A stretch of 64,000 nt of DNA, from assembly GCA_947630285.1 (NCBI GenBank), contig CANRHD010000006.1, positions 23,813-87,812 on the forward strand, written 5' to 3'. A model generated the notes under the pieces. The model was not told where the DNA came from. It saw only the letters and a program-made list of their open reading frames with translations, and searched no databases. Of the stretch, positions 1-8,436 are shown piece after piece. How positions within the stretch are numbered: the stretch's first letter is position 1; every line of letters begins with the position of its first letter. This stretch comes from an uncultured Clostridia bacterium (GTDB taxonomy: Bacteria; Bacillota; Clostridia; Oscillospirales; Acutalibacteraceae). Position numbers and translations under genes: made by a program.

Positions 1-45
1 CCATGCAAATAAAAACAATATTTTTTCCCGTTCGGAGTTGAATTT

Positions 46-1530
46 ATGGAAAAGTATTTAATCAATCCAAATCAAAAAATCAGCAAAATCAACAAGGATA
101 TTTACGGCCATTTTTCGGAGCATCTCGGCCGCTGTATCTATGACGGTATTTTTGTGGGCGAGGACTCAAAAATCCCGAATGTAAACGGAATGAGATGCGA
201 TGTTGTAGACGCCTTAAAGCAAATGGGGCTTCCCGTTCTGCGCTGGCCGGGCGGCTGCTTTGCCGACGAGTACCATTGGAAAGACGGCATAGGCCCGAAG
301 CAGAGCAGAAAAAAGATGATAAACACCCATTGGGGCGGAGTTGTGGAGGACAATTCCTTCGGCACTCACGAATATTTTGAGCTTTGCCGTCAGCTCGGCT
401 GTGACACTTACATAAACGGCAATGTCGGTTCCGGCTCTGTGCGTGAAATGAGCGAGTGGGTCGAATATATGACCTTTGACGGCGTTTCGCCTATGGCGGA
501 GCTTCGTGCAAAGAACGGCAGTAAAGAGCCGTGGAGCGTAAAATATTTCGGCGTGGGCAACGAGAGCTGGGGTTGCGGCGGCGAAATGGATCCCGAATAC
601 TACGGCTGTCTTTTTAAAAGATACAATACCTATGTCAGGAACTATGACGGCGGCAAGCCTATTTTACGAATAGCCTGCGGTCCGAATGTTGACGATTACC
701 ACTGGACAAAGCAGGTTATGGACAAGGTTAAAAACAAAGCCGACGGCATATCGCTCCACTACTACACAATTCCCACGGGTAATTGGACTCACAAGGGTTC
801 CGCCACGGATTTTGACTTAAACGAATATAACTCTACCGTCTGCAAGGCTTACAGAATGGAGGAGCTTGTATCAAACCACCTTAAAATGATGGACAGCGTA
901 AAGCCCGACCACCGTGTTAAGCTGATTGTGGACGAATGGGGCACCTGGTACGATGTAGAGCCCGGAACAAATCCCGGCTTCCTCTACCAGCAAAACACCA
1001 TGCGTGACGCCATTGTTGCCGGCCTTACGCTCAACATTTTCAACAAGCACGCCGACAGAATAATGATGGCAAACATAGCGCAGACGGTAAATGTATTGCA
1101 GGCGGTAATACTCACCGAGGGCGAGAAAATGGTTCTCACCCCCACCTACCATGTGTTCAAAATGTATAAGGAGCATCAGGAAAACACGCTTATAGGCTCA
1201 TTCATAACCACCAAGGAGCTTTACTCCGAAAACGACAATAAAAAATACCCTCAGCTTGTAGAATCGGCTTCCGTTGACGGCAACGGCGTTATCTGCTCTA
1301 CAATTACGAACACATCCGCCGACGAGAGTGCGGAAATATGCTGTCAGGTTGCGGATTTCAACGCAGGCGAAATTAAGGCGGAAATTTTAAGCGGTGAAAT
1401 ACACGCAAAAAATGACTTTGAAAACGGCAACAGCGTTACCGTCAGGGAGTTTACGGATTTCACCAAAACCGCCGACGGCTTCAGGGCGCTGATACCTGCG
1501 TGCAGCGTCGTTAAATTCCTGATAAAATAA
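46..1530 (+). CDS. abfA: alpha-L-arabinofuranosidase, glycoside hydrolase family 51
   Basis: 494-aa ORF with GH51 signature blocks '[17 protein letters not shown]', '[14 protein letters not shown]' and '[12 protein letters not shown]'. Confidence 0.9.
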   Translation: MEKYLINPNQKISKINKDIYGHFSEHLGRCIYDGIFVGEDSKIPNVNGMRCDVVDALKQMGLPVLRWPGGCFADEYHWKDGIGPKQSRKKMINTHWGGVVEDNSFGTHEYFELCRQLGCDTYINGNVGSGSVREMSEWVEYMTFDGVSPMAELRAKNGSKEPWSVKYFGVGNESWGCGGEMDPEYYGCLFKRYNTYVRNYDGGKPILRIACGPNVDDYHWTKQVMDKVKNKADGISLHYYTIPTGNWTHKGSATDFDLNEYNSTVCKAYRMEELVSNHLKMMDSVKPDHRVKLIVDEWGTWYDVEPGTNPGFLYQQNTMRDAIVAGLTLNIFNKHADRIMMANIAQTVNVLQAVILTEGEKMVLTPTYHVFKMYKEHQENTLIGSFITTKELYSENDNKKYPQLVESASVDGNGVICSTITNTSADESAEICCQVADFNAGEIKAEILSGEIHAKNDFENGNSVTVREFTDFTKTADGFRALIPACSVVKFLIK

Positions 1531-1533
1531 GCT

Positions 1534-1788
1534 ATGGAAAATTGTAAACGATGCCTTTTGCGTGAGAGTGCGGAAAAAGATGTTTATGAGGACATCAGGT
1601 TAAGAATTGACAGGCTATCAGAAAGCGAAAAATCCGACGATGAGCTGTACGGTATGCGCCTTGGGCTGTGCAGGGAATGCCAGCACCTCATATCGGGCGT
1701 TTGTATGAAGTGCGGCTGTTATGTGGAGCTCAGGGCGGCTTTTAAAAGACAACGCTGTCCCCTGCCCTCGTCCGATAAGAAATGGTAA
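1534..1788 (+). CDS. small Cys-rich hypothetical protein
   Basis: 84-aa ORF starting 4 nt after the abfA stop. Has CxxC pairs ('CKRC', 'CREC', 'CMKCGC'). No family recognised. Confidence 0.5.
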   Translation: MENCKRCLLRESAEKDVYEDIRLRIDRLSESEKSDDELYGMRLGLCRECQHLISGVCMKCGCYVELRAAFKRQRCPLPSSDKKW

Positions 1789-2321
1789 TGAACGGAAGTG
1801 ACTTTAAGGTGTTATACAATGAAGATTTAAACGGGCTGTCAAGGGAACAGCTTCTCGATTTGCTTTTGTCGGATTCCAAAAATCTGATTGCCATGGACGG
1901 CGTCTGGTTCCAGGCCATAGAAAAGGAAATGGGTATGGACAGCGCAATGCATTACGATGAGGAAGCGTGGAAGCTTTACACCCGTTCGGAGGCAAGACGG
2001 CTCAAAAAATTTTTGGGGCTTTCGGAGCACCCCGGCCTTGAGGGGCTTGCAAGGGCTCTGCCGCTTAGAATGGTCAGCCGTGCCAGCCCCAGCGAAACGC
2101 TGTTTAAGGACGGCAAGCTCATTCACAGAATACTTGTCTGCCGTGTTCAGGAAGCGAGAATAAGAAAAAATATGCCGCTTCACCCATGCAAAAGCGCCGC
2201 AATTTTTGAGTACGGCGGCTTTGCCGAGGCTATAGACGACAGAATTAAATGCCGGCCGATAAGCTGTTATCCCGATGTCACGGACAAAAACTGCTCTTGC
2301 AGTTGGGAATTTTACATATGA
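1782..2321 (+). CDS. hypothetical protein, Cys-containing, family not recognised
   Basis: 179-aa ORF overlapping the previous stop (ATGGTAATGA). The start may be the second ATG at 1788. Followed by a hairpin terminator. Confidence 0.5.
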   Translation: MVMNGSDFKVLYNEDLNGLSREQLLDLLLSDSKNLIAMDGVWFQAIEKEMGMDSAMHYDEEAWKLYTRSEARRLKKFLGLSEHPGLEGLARALPLRMVSRASPSETLFKDGKLIHRILVCRVQEARIRKNMPLHPCKSAAIFEYGGFAEAIDDRIKCRPISCYPDVTDKNCSCSWEFYI

Positions 2322-2387
2322 CAATATCCCATATATCGGAATATAAAGATAGCTAAAATATCTTTATATCAATATCGGAGCATAATT

Positions 2388-2422
2388 AAACCGCACCTGC
2401 GCTTTGCCGGTGCGGTTTTTGC
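2388..2422. terminator. bidirectional intrinsic terminator
   Basis: AAACCGCACC / GGTGCGGTTT stem followed by a T-run. Lies between convergent genes. Confidence 0.65.
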
Positions 2423-2454
2423 GTTAAGCTCGCCTTAAGGCGTGTTTTCGGCTC

Positions 2455-3063
2455 TTAAGACTTTTCTGCCCTGTAATTTTCTCCCCAGGCTTTCATAGCG
2501 TCAAGAACGGGCTTTAGAGATTTGCCAAGCTCCGACAGCGCATACTCCACCCTCGGCGGAACTTCGGGGGTAAGGCGAGGGGAACCGAACCCACACCGGT
2601 TTTCAACGGCGGATTTACGCCCATGCTGTGTCATCGCCCTTGACAATACGACAGTATTGTCTTCGGACGCTTCCTTGCCTGAACGCAAATCCGCTCGGTG
2701 AAAACTGCCTTGCACTTAACGCAGAGCTATTTTTCGTGTGATTTTGCGTGCGGACGAGGAAGCCTTGCTGACGCAAGGCAACGAGGAGAAGCGTAAAAGC
2801 GCCGGAAAGAGTCTGCGTGAAGCGGCGTGTGTTCGGCTCCCCTCGCCTTAAACTGTACGGGTAATCAGCCCGTCCGCTTCCATTGAGCGCAGGCTGTCAG
2901 TAAGCACCTTTTGACTGATGCCCTCCAGATTTTTTTGAAGCTCATTGAAACGCCACGGACGCTCGAGCAGGTTTCGTATAATTAAAAGCTTCCATTTGTT
3001 CCCGATAAGCTGTACGGTAGCCGCAACGGGACATTCGGGAATGAGCTCGGCTTTTGTTTTCAT
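2455..3063 (-). pseudogene. HxlR-family winged-helix regulator split by a 280-bp insertion
   Basis: The N-terminal half (2851..3063, 'CPVAATVQLIGNKWKLLIIRNL...GLITRTV') stops at a TAA supplied by the insert end. The C-terminal half ('[29 protein letters not shown]') resumes at about 2571 and runs to 2455. Confidence 0.85.
2571..2850. mobile_element. MITE-like non-autonomous element with ~29-bp imperfect terminal inverted repeats
   Basis: Left end is TAAGGCGAGGGGAACCGAACCCACACCGG. The reverse complement of the right end is TAAGGCGAGGGGAGCCGAACACACGCCGC (25/29 identical). It has no ORF, carries internal GC hairpins and interrupts a recognisable gene. Confidence 0.8.
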
Positions 3064-3262
3064 AAAGCACCTCCGTTACATCGTAAAAGAATGTTACATT
3101 CATATTATAATGTATTGGCTTATACAAGTCAATTTCGCTATACTTTAAAGACCTATTCATATAATTACGGTTACAAAAAAGTGCGTACTTGTAATTTAAA
3201 AAATTTTAATTATAATTTAAAATAACAACAAAAATTTACTGCAACAGAAAAGAGATAATGGT

Positions 3263-4045
3263 ATGACCCAGGAAAAACGCCGTATTTTTCTGATTAAAAC
3301 GCTTCTTGACGAGCAAACACGGTATCGGGATATTTCAATCCCCTGCGGCGAAGCAGAGCAGAAAACGCTGCTGCGCTCTTTAATGAATATCCGTCCTCCG
3401 CTACCCGTCGGCGAGAATTTTCTTGCGGTGCAGGACGCATATTTGCAGGAGGAAACAGCCCGTAAAGGCGTTACGGATATAGCAAAATTAACACCCGTTT
3501 CGCCGGGCATTTATCTTTGGCAGGGGGATATTACCACGCTCAAATGCGGCGCTGTTGTAAACGCCGCAAATTCCGGTCTGACCGGCTGTTATGTTCCCTG
3601 CCACGGCTGTATCGACAATGCCATTCACACCTTTGCCGGCGTTCGGCTTCGGCTTGCCTGCGCCGAAATTATGAAAAGGCAGGGGCATGAAGAACCGACC
3701 GGACAGGCAAAAATCACACCGGCATTTAATCTGCCCTGCGATTATGTTCTGCACACGGTCGGCCCGATAATACACGGCGGAGTTACCGAGAAGGACCGAG
3801 AACTGCTCGCCTCCTGCTACCGTTCGTGCTTGGAGCTGGCGCAGGAGAATAAAATCGGGAGCGTTGCCTTTTGCTGTATTTCCACGGGGGAATTTCATTT
3901 CCCGAACGAAGAGGCGGCAAAGATCGCAGTAAAAACGGTAAAGCAGTACCGTGGTGATACGGAGGTGATTTTTAATGTTTTCAAACATGAGGATTATAAA
4001 ATCTACAGAGAATTACTCGGACAGCCTATCCCGTCTGAAGCGTGA
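3263..4045 (+). CDS. macro-domain protein (protein-ADP-ribose / O-acetyl-ADP-ribose hydrolase type)
   Basis: 'GDITTLKCGAVVNAANSGLTG...IDNAIHTFAG...HTVGPII...AFCCISTGEFHFP' is a typical macrodomain core, preceded by an ~80-aa N-terminal extension. Confidence 0.8.
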   Translation: MTQEKRRIFLIKTLLDEQTRYRDISIPCGEAEQKTLLRSLMNIRPPLPVGENFLAVQDAYLQEETARKGVTDIAKLTPVSPGIYLWQGDITTLKCGAVVNAANSGLTGCYVPCHGCIDNAIHTFAGVRLRLACAEIMKRQGHEEPTGQAKITPAFNLPCDYVLHTVGPIIHGGVTEKDRELLASCYRSCLELAQENKIGSVAFCCISTGEFHFPNEEAAKIAVKTVKQYRGDTEVIFNVFKHEDYKIYRELLGQPIPSEA

Positions 4046-4847
4046 GCTTGCACAGGCGCAATGTGTAATAATAGGCGCAGGGGCAGGGCTTTCGACAGCC
4101 GCCGGATTTACTTATTCGGGCAGGCGTTTTGAAGATAATTTCGGCGACTTTATAAAAAAGTACAATATAGGCGATATGTATTCGGGCGGATTTTACCCTT
4201 TCCCTACGCAGGAGGAATTTTGGGCGTGGTGGAGCAGGCATATTTGGCTTAACCGCTATGTTGACGCCCCCAAACGGGTGTACGAAAAGTTGCTTGAAAT
4301 TGTAAAAGACAAGGATTATTTTGTTATCACAACAAATGTTGACCACTGCTTTCAAAAGTCCGGGTTTGAAAAGGAACGCCTTTTTTACACCCAAGGCGAT
4401 TACGGGCTTTTTCAATGCAGTGTTCCCTGCTGTGCCGAAACCTTTGACAACAGAGATTTAATTGCGCAAATGGTTGAACGGCAGAAAAATATGCGTATTC
4501 CCTCCGAGCTTTTGCCCGTCTGTCCCCATTGCGGAAAGCCGCTTACATTAAATCTGCGTTCTGACGGCAAATTTGTCGAGGACGAGGGCTGGCACAGAGC
4601 CGCTAAACGCTACGAAAATTTCATAAAAGCGGCTCAGGGGAAAAATATACTGTTTTTGGAGCTTGGCGTAGGCTATAACACCCCGATTATCATTAAATAT
4701 CCGTTTTGGGAAATGACGGCGAAAAACCCCGATGCGGTTTATGCCTGCATAAATTACGGCGAGGCGGTATGCCCCGAAGAAATAAAGCGCAGAGCCGTTT
4801 TGATAAACTGCGATATAGACAGGGTCTTGACGGATTTATTGCAATAA
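3975..4847 (+). CDS. Sir2-family protein, macrodomain-linked (SirTM-like) type
   Basis: 'VIIGAGAGLSTAAGF' NAD loop, 'TTNVDHCF' and the zinc ribbon 'CSVPCC...CPHCG'. GGAGG RBS lies 9 nt before the ATG at 3975. Overlaps the macro gene by 71 nt out of frame. Confidence 0.7.
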   Translation: MFSNMRIIKSTENYSDSLSRLKRELAQAQCVIIGAGAGLSTAAGFTYSGRRFEDNFGDFIKKYNIGDMYSGGFYPFPTQEEFWAWWSRHIWLNRYVDAPKRVYEKLLEIVKDKDYFVITTNVDHCFQKSGFEKERLFYTQGDYGLFQCSVPCCAETFDNRDLIAQMVERQKNMRIPSELLPVCPHCGKPLTLNLRSDGKFVEDEGWHRAAKRYENFIKAAQGKNILFLELGVGYNTPIIIKYPFWEMTAKNPDAVYACINYGEAVCPEEIKRRAVLINCDIDRVLTDLLQ

Positions 4848-5008
4848 TAAGCCTCTTGTTATCCTGTGCCGTTCTGAAAGCGTCAAGCGCCATAAATGAA
4901 GTGCGGCGGCATTTGAAAAAACTCCCATTAAGAAAATTCTTACATAAAAAAATAAAAAGTGCTATAATTAAACTGTAAAATTTATTGTAAGAAACGGAGT
5001 GAGCGAAA

Positions 5009-5509
5009 ATGTATAAAATAGGTGACCGTATAATTTACGGAGCAATGGGAGTGTGCGATATTAAAGCAATAGGTCCGCTTGACATTAAGGGCGCTGACCG
5101 TTCGGTTGATTACTATACCCTGTCCCCCGTTTATCAGGAGGGTAAAATTTTTGCGCCGGTCAACACCGATACCTATATTCGTCCGATTTTAACAAAACAG
5201 GAGGCGCTTGAGCTTATCGGCAAAATTCCCGAAATCGAAGAGGGAGTTTTTGAGGACAACAATCCCCGTCTGCTCAACGAGCATTACAAAATTTATCTCA
5301 AAAGCGGCGACTGTGTGGATTTGCTTCGCCTTATTCGTGAGATTTACTGCAAAAGCCAAAGGGCAAAGAAAAACGGGCGGCACCTCGGTCAGGTTGACGA
5401 GCAAAATATGAAACGAGCGCAGGAGCTTCTGCACAACGAGCTTGCATGCGCATTGGAAATCAAGCCAAACGAGGTAAGCGATTTTATAACAAAAACGCTT
5501 GAGGGCTGA
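5009..5509 (+). CDS. CarD/CdnL-family RNA-polymerase-binding regulator
   Basis: 166 aa. The N-terminal 'YKIGDRIIYGAMGVCDIKAI' is a Tudor-like CarD_CdnL_TRCF domain. Confidence 0.75.
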   Translation: MYKIGDRIIYGAMGVCDIKAIGPLDIKGADRSVDYYTLSPVYQEGKIFAPVNTDTYIRPILTKQEALELIGKIPEIEEGVFEDNNPRLLNEHYKIYLKSGDCVDLLRLIREIYCKSQRAKKNGRHLGQVDEQNMKRAQELLHNELACALEIKPNEVSDFITKTLEG

Positions 5510-5594
5510 TTTTGCACAAATTAATAAATTCGGGTTTTAATTTCTTTTATAAAGCCCGCCTTTTACCGTAAAAAATTTTTTAATATTAAATTTT

Positions 5595-5643
5595 AAACGC
5601 CCTGCGTTCAATCGGTTTAAAATCGAGCGTCGGGCGTTTTTAT
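5595..5643 (+). terminator. intrinsic terminator
   Basis: AAACGCCC...GGGCGTTTTTATT hairpin plus T-run downstream of the CarD-like gene. Confidence 0.55.
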
Positions 5644-5742
5644 TACACCCCGAAAAGCCCGAAACAGCGTTGTTTATAAGCTGTGTAAAGCAATCTGACT
5701 TTACACTTGATACGGCGCAAAAATCCGTACACGGAAATTTGA

Positions 5743-5885
5743 TTTATAAAGGCGGTCGGTATTTTTATGCCCGAAAATTAATAATCAGGCCAATTTTTTC
5801 GACATTTAGGCAATATTGGCTTGTCATTTTATTTTTATTATGTTATTCTAATATCGGTAAATATTTTAAAGGGGCGGTGTTTATG
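5743..5885 (+). repeat. promoter/leader module copy A (paralogous to 8294..8436)
   Basis: About 143 bp aligns by eye at roughly 80% with 8294..8436. Shared strings are 'tttataaagg', 'tatgcccgaaa', 'caattttttc.acatttaggcaatat', 'ggcttgtc' and 'gg.ggtgtttATG'. Confidence 0.8.
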
Positions 5886-6053
5886 TATCTGATGATTAAA
5901 TTGAATAATATTTATCTTCCCTTTTTAGTTATTATCTTTATTGTAATGTGCGGAATAACCATAAAAAAATTTATTGTTTCCGATAAAAATAAATATCGGG
6001 CGCTGTTTGCTGCAATCGTATTATTAATAAATTTAATAATCGATATATTATAG
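5883..6053 (+). CDS. possible 56-aa hydrophobic peptide
   Basis: The ATG sits exactly where the protease ATG sits in module copy B. The product is two predicted TM helices. Very AT-rich, so it may not be real. Confidence 0.3.
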   Translation: MYLMIKLNNIYLPFLVIIFIVMCGITIKKFIVSDKNKYRALFAAIVLLINLIIDIL

Positions 6054-6066
6054 TCATTATCAGGAT

Positions 6067-6165
6067 AAAGGAGCGGTGTTAATATCGGTGGTTTTGGCGC
6101 TGTGCTTGCCTGCAACATAAATTTGTGCAGTAAAAATCCGTGCACGGAAATTTGTTTTATGAAGC
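6067..6165 (+). repeat. deletion 'ghost' of the protease cassette: RBS plus signal-peptide codons fused to the cassette tail
   Basis: 6067..6104 matches 8420..8468 but lacks 12 bp that include the ATG. 6105..6165 matches the region after the lipoprotein gene (12474..12535, 'cctgcaacataaattt...aaaaatccgtg'). Confidence 0.75.
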
Positions 6166-6176
6166 TAAAATTTGTT
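6148..6176 (+). promoter_or_regulatory. direct repeat AAATTTGTT x2 (start-to-start 20 nt), candidate LytTR-type operator
   Basis: Two exact 9-mers upstream of the response-regulator promoter. Assignment to the LytTR regulator is inference only. Confidence 0.25.
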
Positions 6177-6216
6177 GCAATAAAAAATATTGATTTTTTT
6201 CTAAAAGAGGAAAAAC

Positions 6217-6245
6217 TTGAAAAATAACAAAAGGCAATGTATAAT
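6217..6245 (+). promoter_or_regulatory. sigma-A type promoter of the two-component operon
   Basis: TTGAAA, 17-nt spacer, TATAAT, about 40 nt upstream of the ATG at 6285. Confidence 0.6.
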
Positions 6246-6284
6246 TTTTGTATTGTACATTGCTTTTTCTTTTGGAGTGTTGTT

Positions 6285-7004
6285 ATGAAGGTTGCTGTTT
6301 GTGATGATGAAAAAGATTACAGAGAACTGATTTTACAGTATATAAAATTCTATTTTACGGAACATTCTGTGGATTTAGAAACATTTGAGTTCAAAAGCGG
6401 TGAAGAATTGCTTTCCTCGGAGCATACATTTGACATAGTGTTTCTTGATATTGAAATGGAAGCGTTAAATGGCATTCAGACGACAAGAGAAATAAATAAG
6501 AAAAGCAGAAAAACTCTTATCTTTATTGTTACGGCATATCAAAAATATCTTGACGATGCTATGGATCTTAATATTTTCAGATATATTGATAAACCGATAA
6601 AAGCGCAAAGAATATATAATGGACTGGAAAAAGCTATTGATTTTATAAATAATAATGAAATAACATTTAAAGCCAGAGATGACGGAATTGTCACGCTATG
6701 CAAAAATGATATTGTTTTTGTCGAAGTGGCAAGAAAAAAAGTATATGTCAACACCTTTGAAAAGCAGTATATTGCAAGAGAAAATATGAATTATTTTAAG
6801 GATAACCTCACAGCCTCATATTTTGCTATACCCCACTCGAGCTATGTGGTTAATTTTAATTATATCAAGAACTTCCAAAGGGATAAAATCACTATGAAAA
6901 CGGGGCAGATAATTTCAATCGCACCGAGGAAACAGACTGAAATCAAAAAGAAATTTATGCGGTTTATAGGAGACGGCTATGGAGGCTTATCAGATAATAT
7001 TTAA
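6285..7004 (+). CDS. LytTR-family response regulator
   Basis: Receiver domain ('VAVCDDEKDY...FLDIEM') plus a C-terminal LytTR DNA-binding domain ('IVFVEVARKKVYVNT...IPHSSYVVNFNYI'). GGAG RBS before the ATG at 6285; the ORF-track start at 6237 is less likely. Confidence 0.9.
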   Translation: MKVAVCDDEKDYRELILQYIKFYFTEHSVDLETFEFKSGEELLSSEHTFDIVFLDIEMEALNGIQTTREINKKSRKTLIFIVTAYQKYLDDAMDLNIFRYIDKPIKAQRIYNGLEKAIDFINNNEITFKARDDGIVTLCKNDIVFVEVARKKVYVNTFEKQYIARENMNYFKDNLTASYFAIPHSSYVVNFNYIKNFQRDKITMKTGQIISIAPRKQTEIKKKFMRFIGDGYGGLSDNI

Positions 7005-8277
7005 TATTTTACTGTATTTTTCGGAAGGGTTAATACTGTTTTATTATGCCGATTCATTCTTTGAAAGGAAATATTCGGCGCTTAAAACGGTATTGTGCGT
7101 TTCCGCTTTTCATATAGCTTTGTTCGGAATATATTATTTAGACAATACGATTTTAAACCTTGCGGCGCTGTTTGCGGCGTACTGTTTGGTTTTTTCGTTG
7201 CTTTACAAATGTAAAATTTTATCTTCGATTTTCAACTCGACGCTTCTTTTGGCGGTTATGTGGATATGCGAGTGGGCGGTGCTTTTCATAACGACGCTGT
7301 TTAATGATAATGACTTTAACGCTTATCAATACTCCCCCGCCGTTAGAATTTTTGATACAACGCTTAGTAAATTGGCATATTATTTAGTCTGCTTAATTTT
7401 AATTCGCCTGTTTTCAAAACAAATTAAAAACAAGCAAAACAAGGCCGTATATTGGCAATTAATGATTATGCCCGTATCGTCTCTTGCGGCAATATTTGCT
7501 TTCAGGTATATCACATCGGAAGCGACGCTTACAAATAAAGCAAATATTATCTGCTCGATTGTTTCACTGCTTCTTTTGTTTGCAAATATAGTTGTTTTTT
7601 TGGTTTACGAGCATGCCATTAACACGGCGGCAGAGCTTTATGAGCTAAGAGCAATAAGACAAAAGCAGGAGACGGAAAAGCAATACCTTGATATTTTGGA
7701 GCAAAACAATAAGGATTTAAAAATATTTACCCATGACATAAAAAATCATTTGGAGCAGATAGGCAATATTGCCGAAAACGACGAGGTAACAAAATATATT
7801 TCGGGTTTATACGGTACAATAAATCAATACGGCAACACGGTAATTAGCGGAAACAAAACGCTTGATATAATCCTGAGCAAATACAATACTCTGTGCGCCA
7901 ATAAGTCAATTTCAATTACCGTCAAGGTTAAAGAGGCTAATTTATCGGATATTGACAACTCGGATTTATCTACCATATTAAACAATGCGCTTGACAATGC
8001 GGTTGAGGCCGCCGAGAAAAGCGCAAAGAGGCAAATCTCTGTTGACATATATTCACGCCGGGGATTTGAAGTTGTTAAAATCCAAAACAGTTGCGATACC
8101 GCTCCGAAAACATCTAACCAAAAGCTTTTAACCGCCAAACAAAATAAAGACCTGCACGGGCTCGGCTATGAAAGCATAGTAAAAACGGTCAAGCGGTATC
8201 AGGGCATACCCGACTGGGTTTACGATGAGGAAAATAAAATTTTTGAATTGACTGTAGCGATACCCATAAATAGATAA
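6979..8277 (+). CDS. AgrC/ComD-like membrane histidine kinase (GHKL, SpoOB-type ATPase domain)
   Basis: About 6 N-terminal TM helices, H-box 'FTHDIKNHL', N-box 'LNNALDNAVEA' and G-box 'HGLGYESI'. Overlaps the regulator gene by 26 nt. Confidence 0.85.
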   Translation: MEAYQIIFNILLYFSEGLILFYYADSFFERKYSALKTVLCVSAFHIALFGIYYLDNTILNLAALFAAYCLVFSLLYKCKILSSIFNSTLLLAVMWICEWAVLFITTLFNDNDFNAYQYSPAVRIFDTTLSKLAYYLVCLILIRLFSKQIKNKQNKAVYWQLMIMPVSSLAAIFAFRYITSEATLTNKANIICSIVSLLLLFANIVVFLVYEHAINTAAELYELRAIRQKQETEKQYLDILEQNNKDLKIFTHDIKNHLEQIGNIAENDEVTKYISGLYGTINQYGNTVISGNKTLDIILSKYNTLCANKSISITVKVKEANLSDIDNSDLSTILNNALDNAVEAAEKSAKRQISVDIYSRRGFEVVKIQNSCDTAPKTSNQKLLTAKQNKDLHGLGYESIVKTVKRYQGIPDWVYDEENKIFELTVAIPINR

Positions 8278-8293
8278 TTAATATACCGATTGC

Positions 8294-8436
8294 TTTATAA
8301 AGGCAATCGGTATATTTATGCCCGAAAGTTAATAATTAGGTCAATTTTTTCAACATTTAGGCAATATGGCTTGTCTTTTTATTTTCCTTATGTACTATAA
8401 ATATCGGTATAAAATTTAAAAGGAGTGGTGTTTATG
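8294..8436 (+). repeat. promoter/leader module copy B (paralogous to 5743..5885)
   Basis: See copy A. Preceded by the perfect 11-bp inverted repeat ATACCGATTGC / GCAATCGGTAT at 8283..8313. Confidence 0.8.

Noticed and set aside
5670-5882. The N-terminal 71 codons of the 127-aa ORF 5670..6053.
   Set aside because: This part lies in the conserved non-coding promoter module shared with the protease upstream region. Only the segment after the module's ATG (5883) could be coding.
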